In this document: piece by piece, positions 62,951 through 64,000 of the stretch
Layout of the letters: each line of letters starts with the position of its first letter
Numbering within the stretch: position 1 is the stretch's first letter
NCBI GenBank assembly: GCA_010015805.1
Contig: ML978121.1
Span: 1,922,001-1,986,000, forward strand
Direction: 5' to 3'
DNA: 64,000 nt
Source of the DNA: Rhizodiscina lignyota
Taxonomy: Eukaryota
Program-made: the position numbers and the translations under genes
The notes under the pieces: model-generated
What the model was told of the DNA's origin: nothing
The model's input: the letters and a program-made list of their open reading frames with translations, nothing else
The model's database searches: none

Positions 62951-64000
62951 ATGTTTGGAGGCAATTTCGTGCCCAATGGCACGCAAAATGATGGCAATGG
63001 TAACTTTGGCTTCACTCAAGAATGGCTTCCCACACAAGTGCTTCCTTACGGATTTCCAGGCTGGGCTCCCTACAACCCGCAAATGAGCAATGACAGTGAA
63101 CAATCTGAGCAGTTTGGCCTCGTTGAGCAAGTACAGGACCACGAGGACGACGGCGAGGCAATCAATGTAGTTTGCTCGGCTCATGTTTCGAAGCGCTTTG
63201 CTAACGAGCTCGATATATTCAGGGCGGATCAAATGGCAATAGTAAAGCCCCTACGATAATACCAGGGCTTTCCACCAGCAGTCCTTCACTTACTTCTACC
63301 TACTCTCAAGCTGTTCCCTCGGTTCCATCCAATACTCTACCAACTTCAAGCACCCCACAACCAGACAACACTGAGAGGGCTGCACGTTTACGTGCGAAGT
63401 TGATGGCTATGAGGCCGAACAGTGCGGAGCCGGGTCCTCGGCGTGGAGAAGAACTTCCTAAGACCACTATGGCAGATGTGGAGAGTCTCATTGCCGAGGA
63501 ACGAGCAGTTGCGGACAAGGTACAACAATCTTCGCCTCCGTCCTCCGCAAATGCGATTACCACAGTACAACATCAGTTGGCACAAGCAGCGACGTCTATG
63601 TCTACAAATGGCACGCACGCCGCCGTGGAGACACCCCGAGAGCAAATCCAATCTACGGAATCCCAACAAAATGCGACGTTGACTTTAACTCCCGAGCAAA
63701 ATCCTTCTCCTTCTGCCAATATAGGCGTGCGACCACACTCCCCGGGCGACAAGGCTTCTGAGGACAAAGCTAGAAATGACCAAGATAACACTGCCCAGCC
63801 AAAATGGTATGACCATGCAAACAATACAGAAGTACACCATACCGAACGCTCAACTACTCCACTGGGAACACAAAATGCACTAGCTATCGTCCGTGGACGT
63901 AAGAATGAGAATGAAGCAGCACCTGACACAATCAATGACCAGTACTCTACTGTTAACAGAGACATACACTTGGAAGAGTCGGAGCTCCCACTCCGCAGCA
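62951..64000 (+). CDS. Partial gene, low-complexity N-terminus, runs off the window end; product unknown
   Basis: AAAATG at 62951, intron 63167-63222 (GCTAAC branch), then an open frame to 64000 with helical motifs RAARLRAKLMAMR and DVESLIAEERAVA. Confidence 0.65.

Overview
Gene-dense, intron-containing DNA from a filamentous ascomycete (Pezizomycotina; Dothideomycete-like by impression only). It holds about 24 protein-coding genes, most split by short GT-AG introns, so the ORF track shows them in pieces. Housekeeping genes: a bZIP factor, tRNase Z, an RNR-inhibitor family protein, sideroflexin, SDA1, mitochondrial phosphate carrier, APC4, delta-COP, a NIPA transporter and a BTB protein. Accessory genes: SDR, NmrA-like, GST, two flavin monooxygenases, a GT34-like protein, a GPI wall protein and a NACHT-ankyrin NLR. 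No rRNA, tRNA, CRISPR array or intact transposon was recognised. The most striking observation is an Xaa-Pro peptidase (M24B, all five metal ligands intact) that reads in frame into two complete Zn(II)2Cys6 clusters and a long tail, a candidate enzyme-transcription factor fusion. Also notable are hidden N-terminal mitochondrial presequence candidates (CUG-initiated for tRNase Z; upstream ATG or exon for GST and the peptidase), an unannotated spliced Cys/His microprotein, a GT34 pseudoenzyme candidate, a decaying C2H2 array, and NLR repeat and P-loop splicing features. All family assignments come from motif recognition by eye; no searches were run.
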